The translations under genes and the position numbers were made by a program. Of a DNA stretch of 64,000 nt, positions 61,659 to 64,000 are shown piece by piece. The stretch is taken from NCBI RefSeq assembly GCF_947568905.1, contig NC_079172.1, positions 67,828,001 to 67,892,000 on the forward strand. The letters run 5' to 3'. The notes under the pieces were generated by a model, which was not told the DNA's origin, did no database searches, and saw nothing but the letters and a program-made list of their open reading frames with translations. Numbering within the stretch: position 1 is the first letter of the stretch; each line of letters opens with the position of its first letter. The stretch comes from Ostrea edulis. Lineage: Eukaryota.

Positions 61659-62277
61659 ATGGCCGACGAGGCGATTGAACAAACAACAGAGACAGAACAG
61701 CCTGTTCAAAATGACGCCGTTGAGCAGGTGCCTGGAACGGAAGGAATTCCAGACGGGTTTGGCGATGGCTCTAAAGGTTTTCGTGGTGGATTTGGGGGCC
61801 CGCCGCGCGGGAGAGGATTTCCAAGAGGTCCAAGGTAAACAATGGTTGCATGCGTCGATGATGCGATCGCCGATGCGTTGTTGTATTTGTATCGTAATTT
61901 TTTTAAGAAAGTAGAGAGCAAATCAAAATGCATTCAAGATTTTCAATTTTGTACATAAATTTGGATGGTTATAAAGTTACGGTTCTGTGCGGAATCCCTG
62001 GTAATAGTTGATTAATAACAGGCCGCACTTTAATGGCAGAGGACCGGGAGGACCACCGAGATTTAGAGGGCCACCAGGACCTCCGGGCATGCGCGGTCCA
62101 CCAGGGATGAGGGGGCCGCCTCCAGGGATGCGAGGACCACCAAGACCTTATGGCAGACCACCTTTTGATCCTAATTATGGTCCCCCACCACCAGGGATGG
62201 GTCCTCCAGGAATGGGCCCACCAGGAATGGGACCGCCTGGCATGGGTCCTCCAGGAATGGGGCCACCTCCAGGAATG
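61659..62277 (+). CDS. TCERG1: Transcription elongation regulator 1 (CA150), first two coding exons; gene continues beyond
   Basis: Exons 61659-61834 and 62022-62277 join in frame: MADEAIEQ...RFRGPPGPPGMRGPP...RPYGRPPFDPN(YGPPPPGMGPP)n. This resembles the human TCERG1 N-terminus (RFRGP...MRGPPP...RPPFGRPPFDPN) as I recall it. WW and FF domains are not seen in the window. Confidence 0.72.
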
Positions 62278-62383
62278 GTAAATGTCCAGTTTAGATATCA
62301 TAATTAGCATATAGTAGTTTTGAGTTGATGCTGTACAGATGATGCATATGCAAGACTCGAAATATTGATAGCCTGTTTGGGGC

Positions 62384-63176
62384 TAATCTCAGCGAGATTC
62401 GTCAAGGCTGGATATTTGGACTGACGCCTCTTCCGAATCTCAGACCAGTGTCACATAAAGTGATTCGGGAAATCTTGCCTGAACTTCGGCCGCTTGTTGC
62501 AATTAAAATGGGCTAAATTGAATTTCTTGCCCGCTTCAACTTTTCGCCTCAGACATCCTATTAACTCCCTATCACAATGAAATATGCATAATTTCTTACC
62601 TTTACAAGGTGTAAATTCCACAGTAATTCAAGTTGGCTATTTTCGAAGCCATTGCAAACGGCCACCATTTCATATTTTACCTTCTCAACACTGAAGAGTT
62701 CCAATATACTACTTCATGACAATTTGTTCTGTGATTGAAAATACAGAACTTACTGGTTGACAATTACTTTGTACAAAGCATTTAAGCATAAAAATTAAAA
62801 GCAATAAAAAGAAAACTGTGTAATATTTCATCAATCTATTAGAAGGCGTCCTAAACTATCGGAACTCTTCAGTGTTGAGAAGGTAAAATATGAAATGGTG
62901 GCCGTTTGCAATGGCTTCGAAAATAGCCAACTTGAATTACTGTGGGATTTGCACCTTGTAAAGGTAAGAAATGCATGTTTCATTGTGATAGGGAGTTAAT
63001 AGGATGTCTGAGGCGAAAAGTTGAAGCGGGCAAGAAATTCAATTTAACCCATTTTAATCACAACAAGCGGCCGAAGTTCAGGCAAGATTTCCCGAATCAC
63101 TTTATGTGACACTGGTCTGAGATTCGGAAGAGGCGTCAGTCCAAATATCCAGCCTCGACGAATCTCGCTGAGATTA
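62384..63176. mobile_element. Foldback/Mutator-like MITE with ~318-bp terminal inverted repeats and 9-bp TSD
   Basis: TIRs at 62384-62702 and 62861-63176 are near-identical; TSD gtttggggc at 62375-62383 and 63177-63185. Confidence 0.9.
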
Positions 63177-64000
63177 GTTTGGGGCCAGTAAATTATGGAT
63201 TTAGGCTAGCATCACAATTTTAAAAGCAAGATGTTACGAAACTATCGAATACTATCATGCCTGTTGGCTCTGTAGTTCGAACTGATTAAGTTTATTATTG
63301 TTTTTGTCAGACTCGTGTCTAACGACAGTCTGACCGCTATTGGACACCATTGAACAGTATCGATAATTCGGCAGATCATTTCAGCCCTAAGCCTTTGGGC
63401 TGGATAATTTAAATTCTTGTCAAAATTTCTCAATAATCAGGCTAGTAAATTAGACTTGTACATTTAGGTTTCTATCTGATGCAAAAAAAATTTATTTTTA
63501 TTTTTTGGTTTTATAAAGGGGCATTGATGAAAAAAATGATGTGTACTAATTCACATATCAGCTCTTTGCTGCAAGTTACATCCCTATGTGAGATTAAAGG
63601 TCAATCCGTGAAAAATCCAAGTTTCCCTTCTTTACTAAATACCAGAGGTTACTACTGTGAGTTATAGCTGATTATTAAGTTTTTATACATGTATATGTTT
63701 ATGGGTTGCCCTACCCTTGGACACTATTGTAGTTGACTGCAATTGATGGGAAATTATCAAATGTCAAAGCTACAGACCAGAAAATTATAAATGCCAACGT
63801 AGGGAATTGCTACTTTTTAACCGGGAGATGGCAGACAAGGAACATAACTTGCACGAAGTGTTTACACATGTATTAGTACAGGGCTTGATATCCTTGCATC
63901 CGAGTCCTGTAAAAGGACCCAGTTCCAATTCAAAATTGACTGGGTTTTTGTTTGTTTTGTTTTTTAAAATTCTGACTGAAAATTTCTCAAATTATCAGCT

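Overview
AT-rich eukaryotic genomic DNA, most likely a bivalve (oyster-like). The taxon is inferred from Helentron/HINE elements carrying ~167-bp satellite units, Penelope-like RT fragments and an HSPA12 expansion. Genes from left to right: (1) the 3' half of a RIG-I-like receptor (+, five exons 1484-3165; helicase motifs IV-VI and the Zn-binding CTD); (2) three tandem, apparently intact four-exon HSPA12-like atypical Hsp70 genes (+; 8340-11661, 22880-26193, 31889-35391) that are mosaics of one another; (3) a type II phosphatidylinositol 4-kinase (-, 61339-39913); (4) the first two coding exons of TCERG1 (+, from 61659), head-to-head with PI4K2. The most notable signal is in PI4K2. It has two homologous, splice-compatible first coding exons (61339-61052 and 50671-50438) that would swap the glycine-rich ATP-binding loop and the N-terminal sorting signals. 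The internal one is preceded by a putative non-coding leader exon and an ISRE-like GAAAGCGAAAGT. The second highlight is a 1385-bp TTAA-flanked Kolobok-type element carrying a P2X7-ballast/KolX-like ORF, nested cleanly in a Tx1 LINE. The rest is TE debris (Tx1, RTE, I-group LINE, PLE, Tc1, SINE, MITEs), minisatellites and two N gaps. All calls were made by eye and from memory of family motifs; no database search was run.
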